A DNA stretch of 60,530 nt, filler included. It is 5 parts of 5 records of this genome, joined end to end, with 100 filler letters (N's around TTAATTAATTAA, not from the genome) between each part and the next. Parts side by side here need not be neighbours in the genome. Positions count along the whole stretch, not along the records: positions 32,906 to 43,764 come from SRR31156797_31061; positions 43,865 to 60,530 come from SRR31156797_31066; 3 more parts are not named here. One strand, given 5' to 3'. The notes below the pieces were generated by a model. It had not been told where the DNA came from, searched no databases, and was given only the letters and a program-made list of their open reading frames with translations. Positions 39,690-50,516 of the stretch are shown here, piece by piece. Both the position numbers and the translations under genes were made by a program. Numbering within the stretch: the first letter of the stretch is position 1; every line of letters starts with the position of its first letter.

Positions 39690-41454
39690 TCCGACTCCTC
39701 CCTTCCCCGGCCATGGGCGGTAGCGTTATGCGGACAAGGGCGCCTCCCTCGGGACGATTTTCTATGCTGATGCCGCTCTCCTTTCCAAAGTAGAGCTTGA
39801 GTCTTTCATTGGTACTCGAGGTTCCGAAACCGGAGAAGGGCCCGGCCGCGTCATCACGAATTCCCCGTCCGTTGTCCCGGAGCTCCAAAACCATCCCCTC
39901 GTCCCGTCTCCCCTGCCCCTTCAAGCGTATCTTCCAGGGAGGCGCCACGCTTTTCAGACCATGGTAGACGGCGTTCTCGATCAGAGGCTGGAGGGTCATC
40001 TTGACGATGGGAAACGCCAGCAGCCCCTCCTCTATTTCCTGACGGTAATCGATCCTGCCGTTGTACCTGACATTCAGGATATTGATGTAATGCTCAGTCA
40101 GTTTCAGCTCTTCCCCCAGGGTGATGACGCTGGAGCCTTGAGAGAGGATTCCCCTGTAGAAGCGGGAGATTTCACTGATCAGGTTGTGGGCGTCCTCCTT
40201 TCTCTCCAGATCGATCAGCCCGCTGATGTTCTCCAGGGCATTGTAAAGGAAATGGGGATTGATCTGGGCCTGAAGAAGGGAGAGCTCGTATTTGCGGAGC
40301 ATCTCCTGCTCCGTGACCAGACGGTTCATCATGGAGTGCTGTTTATCCAGCATCTCGTTGTACTCCCGGGCGAGCGCCCCTATCTCATCATTCGTCAGGA
40401 TCTCAGCCCGCACGCTCAGGTCGCTGCCCGAATCGGCAATGGAATTCTGGAGGCTCAGTATGGGATTGGTAAGGGAACGGGAGAGGATGAGCGCGAAAAA
40501 CATAGACAGGAGGGCTACCAGAAATCCCACGATGATGATCTGCCCCGCGATCATCCTGATATCATGGCGGATGCTCCTGAGAGGGATTTCTCCGATGATA
40601 TACCAGTCCAGGGCCGCGTAATAGTTGTTCACCATAAGGATCCTTTCACCGTCTTCCCGCCGGAGGACCGATCCCCTGTTCCGGTTCGCCCTGGCCTGAG
40701 AGAAAAGGGTACTGCCCCTGAGATCCGTAAAGAGCAGGGATTTATCCTCAGCGGAGACGACCTGCCCCTTTCCGTTGACAATGAGCAGCTGCCCGTGCCC
40801 CAGGATATTCTTATAAAGGGAGGAGATATACTCCTCATCGATCACAGACTCGATCAGGGCGGCCAGTCTCCCGTTGTGGGCCATATACAGCCTTCTCACA
40901 AGCCTCAGGCCGTCGATCTGCTCATCATAGATCTTGTATATCCCCGGGGATACGTCCAGCCAGAGGATGTGCCGCGTCCCATTGAAGCGCCCGAGAAGGG
41001 CCTGTCTCTCTTCGGAGTCGGGGGTGGAGAACTCCTGATACCCTCTGGAATAGTAGGAGCGTTCGTCCAGGAGGGAATAGACCGACATGCCGCTCAGAAC
41101 GCTTGAGTTTTCCACGAGGCGGGCCAGGGTCAGATTGATAGCCGTTCTCGAGCTGTGAAGCTCGGCCGAGTTCATACGCCCGGGATCGGACGAGACGTTC
41201 TCCTGGATGATGTTATGGGCGATGGCCAGCTTTGTGAGGGAGTTGGCATGCTCTAAAGAGCTGTCCAGCTTTTCCGAGAACTGCTGCAGGATGCCCAGGT
41301 TATCGGCCACGGTTTTGTCCAGGAAAATCTTGTTGCTGATAAAATTGGCGTAAGCCGATATGAGGAGCACCCCCGCGAGGGTTGTCAGGAAAAATGAGAT
41401 CGTAATCTTAGACCTGATGGAAACAGACTTCCAGAACTTCAGCAAACCGGTCAT
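39679..41454 (-). CDS. YesM/LytS-type sensor histidine kinase
   Basis: 2 TM, HAMP (DEIGAL), LQAQINPHFLYNAL, LQPLIENA, DNGRGI. Confidence 0.93.
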   Translation of the reverse strand: MTGLLKFWKSVSIRSKITISFFLTTLAGVLLISAYANFISNKIFLDKTVADNLGILQQFSEKLDSSLEHANSLTKLAIAHNIIQENVSSDPGRMNSAELHSSRTAINLTLARLVENSSVLSGMSVYSLLDERSYYSRGYQEFSTPDSEERQALLGRFNGTRHILWLDVSPGIYKIYDEQIDGLRLVRRLYMAHNGRLAALIESVIDEEYISSLYKNILGHGQLLIVNGKGQVVSAEDKSLLFTDLRGSTLFSQARANRNRGSVLRREDGERILMVNNYYAALDWYIIGEIPLRSIRHDIRMIAGQIIIVGFLVALLSMFFALILSRSLTNPILSLQNSIADSGSDLSVRAEILTNDEIGALAREYNEMLDKQHSMMNRLVTEQEMLRKYELSLLQAQINPHFLYNALENISGLIDLERKEDAHNLISEISRFYRGILSQGSSVITLGEELKLTEHYINILNVRYNGRIDYRQEIEEGLLAFPIVKMTLQPLIENAVYHGLKSVAPPWKIRLKGQGRRDEGMVLELRDNGRGIRDDAAGPFSGFGTSSTNERLKLYFGKESGISIENRPEGGALVRITLPPMAGEGRSRNEA

Positions 41455-41489
41455 ACCGTCATGGTAACAGCTCCCGAATAGGATGGCAA

Positions 41490-42254
41490 TCAGAGCTTTT
41501 CGCGGCTCTTTCTGAAAGCGGCGGGGGAGACGCCGACCCGCCTCTGAAAGCTCTTATGGAAATGAGCTCTGTCGCAGAATCCGCAGAGCTCGGCGATCTC
41601 ATCGATCTTTCTGTCCGTCTGTCTCAGCAGGTTGGCCCCTCTGCTGATCCTCATCCTCCTGACGAAAACCTGAGGGCTCAGACCTGTCTCGCCTACAAAG
41701 ACGCGATGCAGCGTATCCTCGGAATATCCGCTCCTCCCTGCCAGGATCCTGTTGGAACAATCCCTGTGCAGGTTCGTTTCCAGCCACCCGAAGAGCCCAG
41801 CCAGGGGATCGGGTCGGCTCAACTCAAAGAGTTCGCGGGGAAGCTGTAGAAGAGATGAGCTGACCAGGTTCAGGAGGACAAGGCTGGTACGAGCCCCCCC
41901 GCTTCCGGCTCCCACCGCTTCCCGGATCTCTCTGTAATCGGATTCACCGGGATCGACCTGCCAGATACCGTGGGGCAGGGAGCCGTATTCGGCGGGCAGG
42001 CGGAAGTGAATATACAGATGCTCGACCACAGCGGCGCAGCGGGGCACGTAAGGGGTCATGGGAGAGATCAGGACGATCCTCGCCGGGGAAAGCTTGAAAC
42101 GGGAATCTCCGTATTCCAGGGCCGCTCCCCTGCGATCGTTCCAGTATAGCTTCCACACAGGCCGTATATGTTCCTCCTTCTCCCAGAAAGGATCGATCTT
42201 AACCAGATCACAGTATTCGATATGGGGAGGATCAAAGGGAGTGAATAGGTCCAT
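41490..42254 (-). CDS. AraC-family transcriptional regulator (true start probably ATG 42254)
   Basis: Cupin-like N-domain; C-terminal IAELCGFCDRAHFHKSFQRRVGVSPAAFR. Confidence 0.85.
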   Translation of the reverse strand: MDLFTPFDPPHIEYCDLVKIDPFWEKEEHIRPVWKLYWNDRRGAALEYGDSRFKLSPARIVLISPMTPYVPRCAAVVEHLYIHFRLPAEYGSLPHGIWQVDPGESDYREIREAVGAGSGGARTSLVLLNLVSSSLLQLPRELFELSRPDPLAGLFGWLETNLHRDCSNRILAGRSGYSEDTLHRVFVGETGLSPQVFVRRMRISRGANLLRQTDRKIDEIAELCGFCDRAHFHKSFQRRVGVSPAAFRKSREKL

Positions 42255-42341
42255 GCGGTAAATATACACATTTAAATCTGAAATATCCATATATTTGAGA
42301 CATAGATCGGTGTATACACATAAAAAACAAAGGAGATTTAC

Positions 42342-43764
42342 ATGGATAAACAAGATAAGATCAGGACATGGAGAGATCTGCATTTCGGAATGTTCATCCA
42401 CTACGGACTCTACTCCCTCCCGGGGGGCGTCTGGAAAGGAGAGCCCGTCAGTTCCGGTTACAGCGAGCAGATTTTGTCCCATGGGAATGTGGATCCCCGG
42501 GAGTATGAGGCCCTGACAGCCGAGTTCCGTGCCGAATCTTTCGATGCCGACGCCATAGCCCGGCTCGCTGCTGAGGGAGGGATGGGTTACATCGTGTTGA
42601 CCACGAAGCATCATGACGGGTTCTGCCTGTTCGATACAAAGACCACCGACTACAACAGCGCCAAAGCCGCTGCGGGCAGAGACCTGGTAAAGGAGATGTC
42701 TGAGGCCTGCGCCCGCAGGGGGCTGAAGTTCGGGCTCTACTATTCCTGGATAGACTGGCACTGTCCCGGCGCCCTGCCCTTCTCGGATCACAACTCGGAT
42801 ACGATCCCCGATGCCCATCAGGAGATGAACAGGATCCAGCTGCGGGAGCTCCTGACCAACTACGGGCCGATCTGCGAGATGTGGTTCGATATGGGAAGCC
42901 CCAGCCCGCATCAGAGCCGGGAGCTGGCCGATCTGGTAAGAGAGCTCCAGCCGGAGGCCATGATCAACGGCCGCATATGGAACGGTCAGGATGATTTTAT
43001 CGTACTGGCTGATAATGAGATCCCGGGCTTCTCCATGGACAGGCCCTGGCAGACCCCCGCGTCCATCTATCACGAAACCTGGGGCTACCGCAGCTGGCAG
43101 AAGCGGGAGGATCTTGAGGGAAAGATCAGGGAGCAGATACGGAACCTGGCCACCATATCCGCCCTGGGAGGGAACCATCTTCTCAATATCGGCCCCATGG
43201 GCGACGGTTCTGTGCTTCCTTTCGAAGCGCAGGTGATCCGGGGGATCGGCGCCTGGCTGGAACAGCACAGGGAGGCGATCTTCGGGGCCGATCCCGGCTT
43301 CTGGGAGACCGAGGACTGGGGCTTTTCCACGAAAAAGGATAAGCGCCTCTATCTGCAGCTCCACAATATTCCCGAAGACCGCCATATAACACTGAAGGGG
43401 CTTCGCAGCAGGGCGCTCGGGGCTGAGCTCATGGGCGGAGGGAAGGTCCCGATGGCAGAACGCAAGGATGGCCTCGTCCTCGGCCCGGTCCCCGAAGCAG
43501 CTGACTCTCCTCTCCCTGTCATCAGGCTGGAGTTCGGGGAAGAGCCCCGTCTCGATGCGGGAATAGTAATATCGGAAGGAAAGGATTACAGCCCAGATGG
43601 GGAGAGCGCCAGGCTCTATCAGGGCCGTGAATACTACAGCTACAAACCTGTCGTCGCCAGCCGGAGCTGGACCCTGCGGCCCGATGCAGACGGCAGGCTT
43701 ACGATCGATCTGCCCTGCCGCAAGGGAGAGACGGTGAAGATCGTCATCTCATCGGAGAAGGAGG
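42342..43764 (+). CDS. GH29 alpha-L-fucosidase, 3'-truncated by the contig end
   Basis: FGMFIHYG, TTKHHDGF, YYSWIDW, WFD nucleophile, LLNIGP. Confidence 0.93.
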
Positions 43765-43864
43765 NNNNNNNNNNNNNNNNNNNNNNNNNNNNNNNNNNNN
43801 NNNNNNNNTTAATTAATTAANNNNNNNNNNNNNNNNNNNNNNNNNNNNNNNNNNNNNNNNNNNN
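43765..43864. other. Artificial contig-joining spacer
   Basis: N44-TTAATTAATTAA-N44. Confidence 0.97.
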
Positions 43865-45849
43865 ACCTCGGTCTTGCCGTAGCCGACATCCCCGCAGACA
43901 AGTCTGTCCATGGGCTGCTCGCTGGTAAGATCTGCAAGGGTGTCATCTATAGCCTTTGCCTGACCGGAGGTCTCTTCAAAGGGAAAGGATTCTTCGAGTT
44001 CACGGTAGAGTTCGCCAGGGGGACTGAATTGATGCCCTCTGCGAATAGCCCTTTGTGCATATATTTCAAGCAGTTCCTGAGCGACCTTCCAAACAGCATC
44101 GGTTACCTTTTTCTTGGTTGCCTGCCAGCGCTGACTGCCCAGGCTGTCAAGTTTGGGTTGCTGGTCTGTCAGTCCTTGGTATTTGCTTACCCAGTGCAGT
44201 TTGTCAACGGGTACATAGAGCTTGTCATTGTTGCGGTAGTCAATGAGCAGGAAATCGCCTCTGTTGCCCGATATCTGCATATTAACCAACCCCCTGAAAA
44301 CACCCACACCATGCTCTCGATGGACCACTGGGTCACCATCGTTAAGTTGATCCAGGGGGAGCGGCTGGCTGTCGGCTTGCGCTTGCTTATGTTTACGCCT
44401 GCCTTTTTGGAGCCTTTTGTCACCAAAAAGTTCGGTAGCCGACAAAATATGATGTTTTTCATCAGCAAGGTCAAAACCTTTGGAAAGAGGGTGATCCACC
44501 AGCAGTATTTCATCTGTGGGTTGGATCGTGCTCAGGTTAACCGGGGCGGTGATCAGGCGGGACCGCAGCTGGTAGTTCTCAAACAGTTCGGAAAAATGTC
44601 TTGCTTGACGCTCTGATTTGCATGCAAGCAGAGTGGTGGCACCTTTTTCTTGCCAGGGGATGATTCGATCTGTCAGCGGGGCAAGGAGGCCGCGTTTCTT
44701 GCGTTGTAGCTCAATTTCCTGGCGCAGCAGGCTGTGATCCCCTGCATTAACGTTCAAAGGGGGGGCGGGGTTGTCTGGATCTGGAAGATGTACAAACCGT
44801 GCCTTGAGCAGAGCAAGACAGTGTTTCTCTGTGTCCTCTTGAGATAAGAATAGTTCATCCGGTGGAAGGGCTGCTACCTCACCGGCAACAGCCTCATTGT
44901 AATTGGCAGCAATCCGTTCGCGTACTATATCCAAAGACTGCTGCACCCCAAAAGGATCATATAAAAATAGTGAGCATTGCTTGGGAAGGTAGTCAAAAAA
45001 GCAATGGAGTTTCTCGCTGCCTCCATAGAGAAGGGGCAGCATGAATTCGATACCAGGAAAGCGGTATTCCTGGCTGAAGTAGTCTTTAATCTGAATGTGG
45101 GCATCAGAACGCCATTGGTACTGATCTGCGCTCCTTATTAGTGCTTCCTGCCACAGCTCCTTTCCTTGTTTTTGAGGAAAGAGCATGTCTGAGGCTGGAA
45201 GCAGGATGGCTTCCTCCAGCTGGTCAACTGATCTTTGGCTAACGGGATCAAAAATACGTATTGTTTCCAGGGTATCCCCGAAAAAGTCCAACCGAAGAGG
45301 GCTTGGGTCATTATCAGGGTCATGGGCAGGGGGGAAAATGTCAAGAATACCGCCCCGGATAGCCAGGTCACCCTGTTGCTGAACGAGTTCACAGGTTTGG
45401 TATCCGGCCCGGATCAGCATTTGTATAAGAGCATCACGGTCGATCTCTTCACCTTGGATGAGCAACTCGCAGTGATCGTTAAAAGCACTTTTAGGGAGTA
45501 TCTTTCTCAGAATTGCTTCTGCTGAAGTGAGGACAATGCAAGGTTCTGCGAGTTCCTGGAGCAGATAGAGGGTGGAAAGCCTGGCGCCAACTGTAGCCGG
45601 GTCGGGAGACAACGGTGTATAGGGGGGGATTTCGAAACTGGGATAGACCAGGACCTTTGCACTGGTAAAAAGTGCTATGTCCTGGGCAAATGTCTCGAGT
45701 TGCTCGTCAGAGGGAACTATACAGCAGAGCGAAGTCCCAAGCGCTTCCAGGGTGCGGCTTAAAAATAATGCAGTGGAAGCGCTGTTCAGGCCTGCTATGT
45801 CAGGTGGTTGTGAACTGCCCTCGCACAGCCGTTTAAGGAGCGACTGCAT
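43865..45849 (-). CDS. mfd: Transcription-repair coupling factor, 3'-truncated
   Basis: RGGILDIF, RLDFFGD, VVHREHGVG (RID), PMDRLVCGDVGYGKTE. Confidence 0.96.
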
Positions 45850-45885
45850 GAATGTACTCTTTTAAATTTTGGGGGCAGAAATCGA

Positions 45886-48558
45886 TTAAAACGTGCCGCC
45901 CATGCTGAAGTCCCAGTTGGAACTGTCTTCGCCTTCCTGCTGGTCTAGGTTATATCCCCATGCAAGCCTGAGTGGGCCAAGGGGGGAGAGCCAGAGCAGA
46001 CCGACACCTGCTGTTTTTTTGATTTCGCTGAAATCCCAGTTGTCCTCGACCCCATATACATTACCGAAGTCAGTGAAAACTTCGCCCTGCATACCCATAT
46101 CTTTGAGCAGAGGGAAAATAACGGATACTGTACCATACCACATCTTATCACCACCGATTTTTTCACCGGTCTCTTCATCAAGGGGGCTGATGGAGTAGGA
46201 CTCAAAACCTCGTATGGAGTTCATACCACCCAGGTAAAAATGTTCATACACTGGGAGTTTGTCATCTTCATTGGCAAAGGCCTGACCGGCAGCACCTTTA
46301 ACGTGGAAGACTGTATCCCATACCATGGGGAACCACCATGAAGAAGCTCCTTCTACTTTCGTAAACTGGGCATCGCCACCAAGCGGACCGCCTGCATATT
46401 TAATACTTGCAGAATTTCGTGACCCACTGCTGGGGGAGAAGGTGCGGTTTCTGGTGTCACGTATCAGAGACCAGCGGACCGAGCTGACCAGGTTAATATC
46501 GGCCGATCGTTTGATAACCTCAGAGGCGTTGTCATCGATGTCACTAAGTTCGGTGTCTTCAATGCTATACCCATAGTAGGTATACCACTTTCCTATGAAT
46601 GGATGACCGATGCGGAAACCCGCCCCTGTGGAATCTTTGGTGTAATCGTCATACTCTCTTTTCCAATTATAGAGATCTACTCCGCCGGAGACCTTGGAAT
46701 CAAATAGTCTTGGATTGGTGAAGTCGAGTTTATACCTGGCTGTCTTACTACTGACATTTCCTGTCAGCGCTAAGCGGTTTCCCGTTCCCAGGAAGTTGTC
46801 TTCGGTTATCTCGCCCATAACCATTACATTCTCAGAGGACGAGTAACCGGCACCAATACTGAACTGACCAGTGGCTTTTTCCTTAATATCGACGACCACG
46901 TCCATTTGATCTTCATTCAGTGTCGGTTTAGGAGTAACAGTGACTTCTTCAAAAAAACCCAGTCGCTGTAACTTCTGGGTTGAGGTACGAATTGCTTTGG
47001 AGTCAAACAGGCCACCCTCTTTGACTTGGAGATCCCGGCGAATGACGTTGTCTCTGGTGCGGGTATTTCCCTGGATCTCCACTCGGTTGAAATACACCAG
47101 TGAGCCCTTTTCGATTTGGAGCATAATGTCGACACGTTTGCCCACTTCGGTCTTATTAATTCTTGGGGTGACCTCGGCAAAAGCGTACCCGTTTTCTGCA
47201 TAGAGATCTGTGATACGGGTGGTATCTTCGCGGAGGATCTGGCGGTTGAGAAAAGGTTCCTGGCGGATTTGCAGCTTGTTAATCAGCTGCTCTTTGTCTT
47301 TAATAAGTTCTCCTGCTACGTCAACAAGACCAACCCTGTATCGGGGACCCTCTTCGACGGGAAAGGTAATGTACAAGCCATCATCTTTTTGCTCTACAAG
47401 AGGAGTACCGACCTTGGCTTCGATAAAACCATGATTTTGGTAATAAGCACCAAGTCGGGCCGCATCCTGTTTGAGAATATCCATTTTCAGTACCCCTGCA
47501 TCTGTCAGCCATGAGAGCCACCAGCTATAGGTGCCCGTTTGGATGATGTCTTGCAGTTCGTCGTCTTCAAAGGCCGTGTTTCCTTGAAAGGTTATCTCCT
47601 CGACCGTAATTTTATCACCTTCCTGGATAACTAGCCGAACCTCTGCGTTGTCTGTTGAAGGATAACTAATATTGGCTTCAACTTCGGTGTTGTAATAGCC
47701 TTTGGATTTGTAGAGTTCTTTAACCCTTGTGACAGCATCGTTCACTTTAGTTGGGTTGAGAATAGTGTTGGTCGCTATGTTGGCGGCATCACGGACATTT
47801 TCCTCTTTGATGTTGTCAGCACCCGTAATGACAACGCTGCCGATGAGTGGTTTTTCCTGCACTCTGAAAAGAATCTTTTTACCGTTGTCAGTATCAGTTG
47901 CCTCAATCTCTACATTGTCAAAATAGCCCATTGAAAAGACAGTTTTTAGATCTTTTCTCAGCTTTGTTGGATCATAAATGTCGCCAGGTTTTGTTGAAAT
48001 CTTGCGGAGGATTGCCCCGGCATCAATGCGTTCATTGCCAGCAGGGGCGATGGAGGAGATGGTGAAACTGCGGTTTGCAAAACCCACGGCTTCTGTAACG
48101 ACTTCACTGATAATACGGTACAAATCCTCAAGGGAATCGGTCTCACGGAAAAATGAGTAAGGTGAACCTGGCTGGAGTGCATCAAATACAGAAAAGTCAA
48201 GGCTATACCTGTCACCTAGCTGGGTAAGGCTGCCTATGGCAATATAGTCATATCCCGTTTTTTCAGAGAGTTGATTGATGATCTTTGCAGGCGGAGGCCA
48301 TACACCTTTATAGTTTACAAGGGAAGTTGCCTTACTTCTGGAAATGGAGGTGTAATTTTTTTCAGCTAAGCTTTTTTCTAAGGCCTGGTCAGCAGGAACA
48401 AATAAGAAGTCCGGATTTGGCGCATTAATTTTTAAAGGGATAAATGCGGTATTCTGTTCTATTGCCATGGCCGAAGGCACACAGTAGAAAAAGACAATCG
48501 CCAGGAGTGTGGAAAAGCTGTACAGAAAAGTAGCTGTGATTCGAGTAAACGACTGCAT
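45886..48558 (-). CDS. bamA: Outer-membrane protein assembly factor BamA with N-terminal extension
   Basis: Five POTRA-like repeats, GN-x-RTRD-x-VIRR, IRGF, W-x-SPLGPL, terminal Phe. Confidence 0.95.
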   Translation of the reverse strand: MQSFTRITATFLYSFSTLLAIVFFYCVPSAMAIEQNTAFIPLKINAPNPDFLFVPADQALEKSLAEKNYTSISRSKATSLVNYKGVWPPPAKIINQLSEKTGYDYIAIGSLTQLGDRYSLDFSVFDALQPGSPYSFFRETDSLEDLYRIISEVVTEAVGFANRSFTISSIAPAGNERIDAGAILRKISTKPGDIYDPTKLRKDLKTVFSMGYFDNVEIEATDTDNGKKILFRVQEKPLIGSVVITGADNIKEENVRDAANIATNTILNPTKVNDAVTRVKELYKSKGYYNTEVEANISYPSTDNAEVRLVIQEGDKITVEEITFQGNTAFEDDELQDIIQTGTYSWWLSWLTDAGVLKMDILKQDAARLGAYYQNHGFIEAKVGTPLVEQKDDGLYITFPVEEGPRYRVGLVDVAGELIKDKEQLINKLQIRQEPFLNRQILREDTTRITDLYAENGYAFAEVTPRINKTEVGKRVDIMLQIEKGSLVYFNRVEIQGNTRTRDNVIRRDLQVKEGGLFDSKAIRTSTQKLQRLGFFEEVTVTPKPTLNEDQMDVVVDIKEKATGQFSIGAGYSSSENVMVMGEITEDNFLGTGNRLALTGNVSSKTARYKLDFTNPRLFDSKVSGGVDLYNWKREYDDYTKDSTGAGFRIGHPFIGKWYTYYGYSIEDTELSDIDDNASEVIKRSADINLVSSVRWSLIRDTRNRTFSPSSGSRNSASIKYAGGPLGGDAQFTKVEGASSWWFPMVWDTVFHVKGAAGQAFANEDDKLPVYEHFYLGGMNSIRGFESYSISPLDEETGEKIGGDKMWYGTVSVIFPLLKDMGMQGEVFTDFGNVYGVEDNWDFSEIKKTAGVGLLWLSPLGPLRLAWGYNLDQQEGEDSSNWDFSMGGTF

Positions 48559-48761
48559 TGAACGATTCCTGTGAAAGAAAGCTTTGTCTGGGAAGCTCTA
48601 CTAGTTGGTTGTATGCGGCAGGATGTTACTTACGCACTGTTGGAAATCTGCCGCCGAGAATGTCGCGGGCATTATGACATGTTCCATAATTTTTGCAAAG
48701 AATTATAATCTTACTATGCTGTTGCCTTCTTCTGTCACTTTGCGAGAGCAGGAACGGAAAT

Positions 48762-49523
48762 TTATTGTTCGATAGATGTTGCAAGTGCCTCTTCGGATTT
48801 ATATCTGTCGTCAAGCAACTCTTGAACAGCACTATGGAGTGACAAGGCAAGGGCCTGCTTGTCCTTGGATTTGTAGTGATCCGTCGGCATAGGGGTGCCG
48901 ATGCGGATGATAATTTTGCCGCTGTCAGCTAAAAACTTTTTCTTGGGGAGTATCGAGTATGACCCGTTGAAACCAATGGGGACGACTTGTACGCCAGACT
49001 TTATGGCAAGGAGAATAGCGCCTGTCTTAAATTCTTGTAGTTTGCCGCTGGGACTGCGAGTCCCTTCCGGGAAGATTAATACCGAATTACCTGCAGCAAT
49101 CTGCTCAGCAGCCTTGTCGAGACTTCTCATTGCCTGCCGTCCTTTGGAGCGGTCAATGGAGATGTAGCCCACCTTTTTCATGGTTTGCCCGAAAACTGGA
49201 ATGTTGAACAACTCTTTTTTTGCAATCCACCTGAAATCATAGGGGTAGTAGCCCTGAAAACTGAAGATATCGAACTGGCTGGAGTGATTGCCGACAAATA
49301 TATAGGTTTGGTCTGCTTTAATGTTTTCCAGCCCTTCCACCTGTACCTTTGCCCCAACAAACAGGCAAAGTAATCTCCCCCATAGGCGAGGAAAGATAAG
49401 GGCCTTATCTTTGTCCTTGCGTAACAAGGTTACGTCCAGCCAGGCAAAGGTGGAGATGAGAAGAGTCAGGGGAGGTGCCAGGAGCAGAGTAACTGCTGCA
49501 CGAACATATTGAAAGGGCGACAT
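48762..49523 (-). CDS. plsC: 1-acyl-sn-glycerol-3-phosphate acyltransferase
   Basis: NHSSQFD and FPEGTRS motifs; start moved to ATG 49523. Confidence 0.9.
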   Translation of the reverse strand: MSPFQYVRAAVTLLLAPPLTLLISTFAWLDVTLLRKDKDKALIFPRLWGRLLCLFVGAKVQVEGLENIKADQTYIFVGNHSSQFDIFSFQGYYPYDFRWIAKKELFNIPVFGQTMKKVGYISIDRSKGRQAMRSLDKAAEQIAAGNSVLIFPEGTRSPSGKLQEFKTGAILLAIKSGVQVVPIGFNGSYSILPKKKFLADSGKIIIRIGTPMPTDHYKSKDKQALALSLHSAVQELLDDRYKSEEALATSIEQ

Positions 49524-49796
49524 CTTGATTATGATAGTAATAGTGGGTTTAACCAATTGGAACTGTAATCTAAAATACTGATTCATTTGACTGGAAAATG
49601 TCGCAGCAGGAAAACAGTCGTATTCAACCTTTTTGTAAACTCGAAATATACATGGACAGATAAAATCTGCAAGGTTATGTCATTATCTTCCTTGGTTGCA
49701 GTTACAGAAATCGTCTTCAGAGAGCTGACAGGGCTGCTGTTAACTGGTACTTCAACCCAGATTTATACGCAAAACAAACGATGAGGAGCCTGTATT

Positions 49797-50516
49797 GTGC
49801 ATTCATATATTGAGGCCCTGCACGACCTCCTATTTCCTCCACAGTGCCTTTGCTGTGAACAACGGCTTGATGTATCCAGGCCTCCGCTTCTTTGTTCTTC
49901 ATGTAGTGACGGAATCCGTTCTATTTCCTCTCCCCTCTGTTCCGCCTGTGGCATCCCTTTTACTACCGGTGTCGATCACTATTGTGGTGTCTGCCTCAGG
50001 AATAAATATTTTTTTGATTATGCTCGCTCAGCCGTGTTTTACCAGCCTCCTGTAAGTAATCTGCTGCTGGCGCTTAAGTTTTCCAATACCACCTCAACTC
50101 TGACTACCTTGAAAAAACTGGCCGTAGAATCAGGTGCCTTATCTCTTTTTACTGTTCCTGATATTATCATACCTGTGCCATTGCATGTAACGCGATTGCG
50201 AGAACGGGGATTTAATCAGGCGCTGATGCTTGCCCGTCATTGTTTTCCTCAATGGAGAAGAGCGATACGTTCAACAGTATTAGTACGGAACAGGGCCACT
50301 ACTCCTCAGTCCTCACTGAGTGGTCAACAGCGGAGAAAAAATCTCAAGGGCTGTTTTCAAGTGGTCAGAGCTGGCTTGCTGACAGGTAAAAGGATATTAC
50401 TTGTGGATGATGTTTTTACAACCGGCAGTACTATAAACGAGTGCTCTCGAGTTTTGCGTCGAGAAAAGCCCAAGCAAATAGAAGTTTTCACTCTCGCAAG
50501 GAGCCTCCAGTTATAG
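49797..50516 (+). CDS. comF: ComF-family phosphoribosyltransferase-like protein
   Basis: Cys-rich zinc-ribbon N-terminus, PVPLH-x-x-R-x-x-ERGFNQA, LLVDDVFTTGST. Confidence 0.92.
   Translation: MHSYIEALHDLLFPPQCLCCEQRLDVSRPPLLCSSCSDGIRSISSPLCSACGIPFTTGVDHYCGVCLRNKYFFDYARSAVFYQPPVSNLLLALKFSNTTSTLTTLKKLAVESGALSLFTVPDIIIPVPLHVTRLRERGFNQALMLARHCFPQWRRAIRSTVLVRNRATTPQSSLSGQQRRKNLKGCFQVVRAGLLTGKRILLVDDVFTTGSTINECSRVLRREKPKQIEVFTLARSLQL

Noticed and set aside
33547-41106. Several 330-390 aa plus-strand ORFs opposite the sugar-utilisation genes
   Set aside because: Antisense shadow ORFs expected from GC-rich codon usage; no recognisable motifs.
41490-43385. 631-aa ORF suggesting a large AraC fusion
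   Set aside because: Its N-terminal part is mostly the antisense shadow of the GH29 gene and crosses the AT-rich promoter region; the AraC protein starts near 42254.
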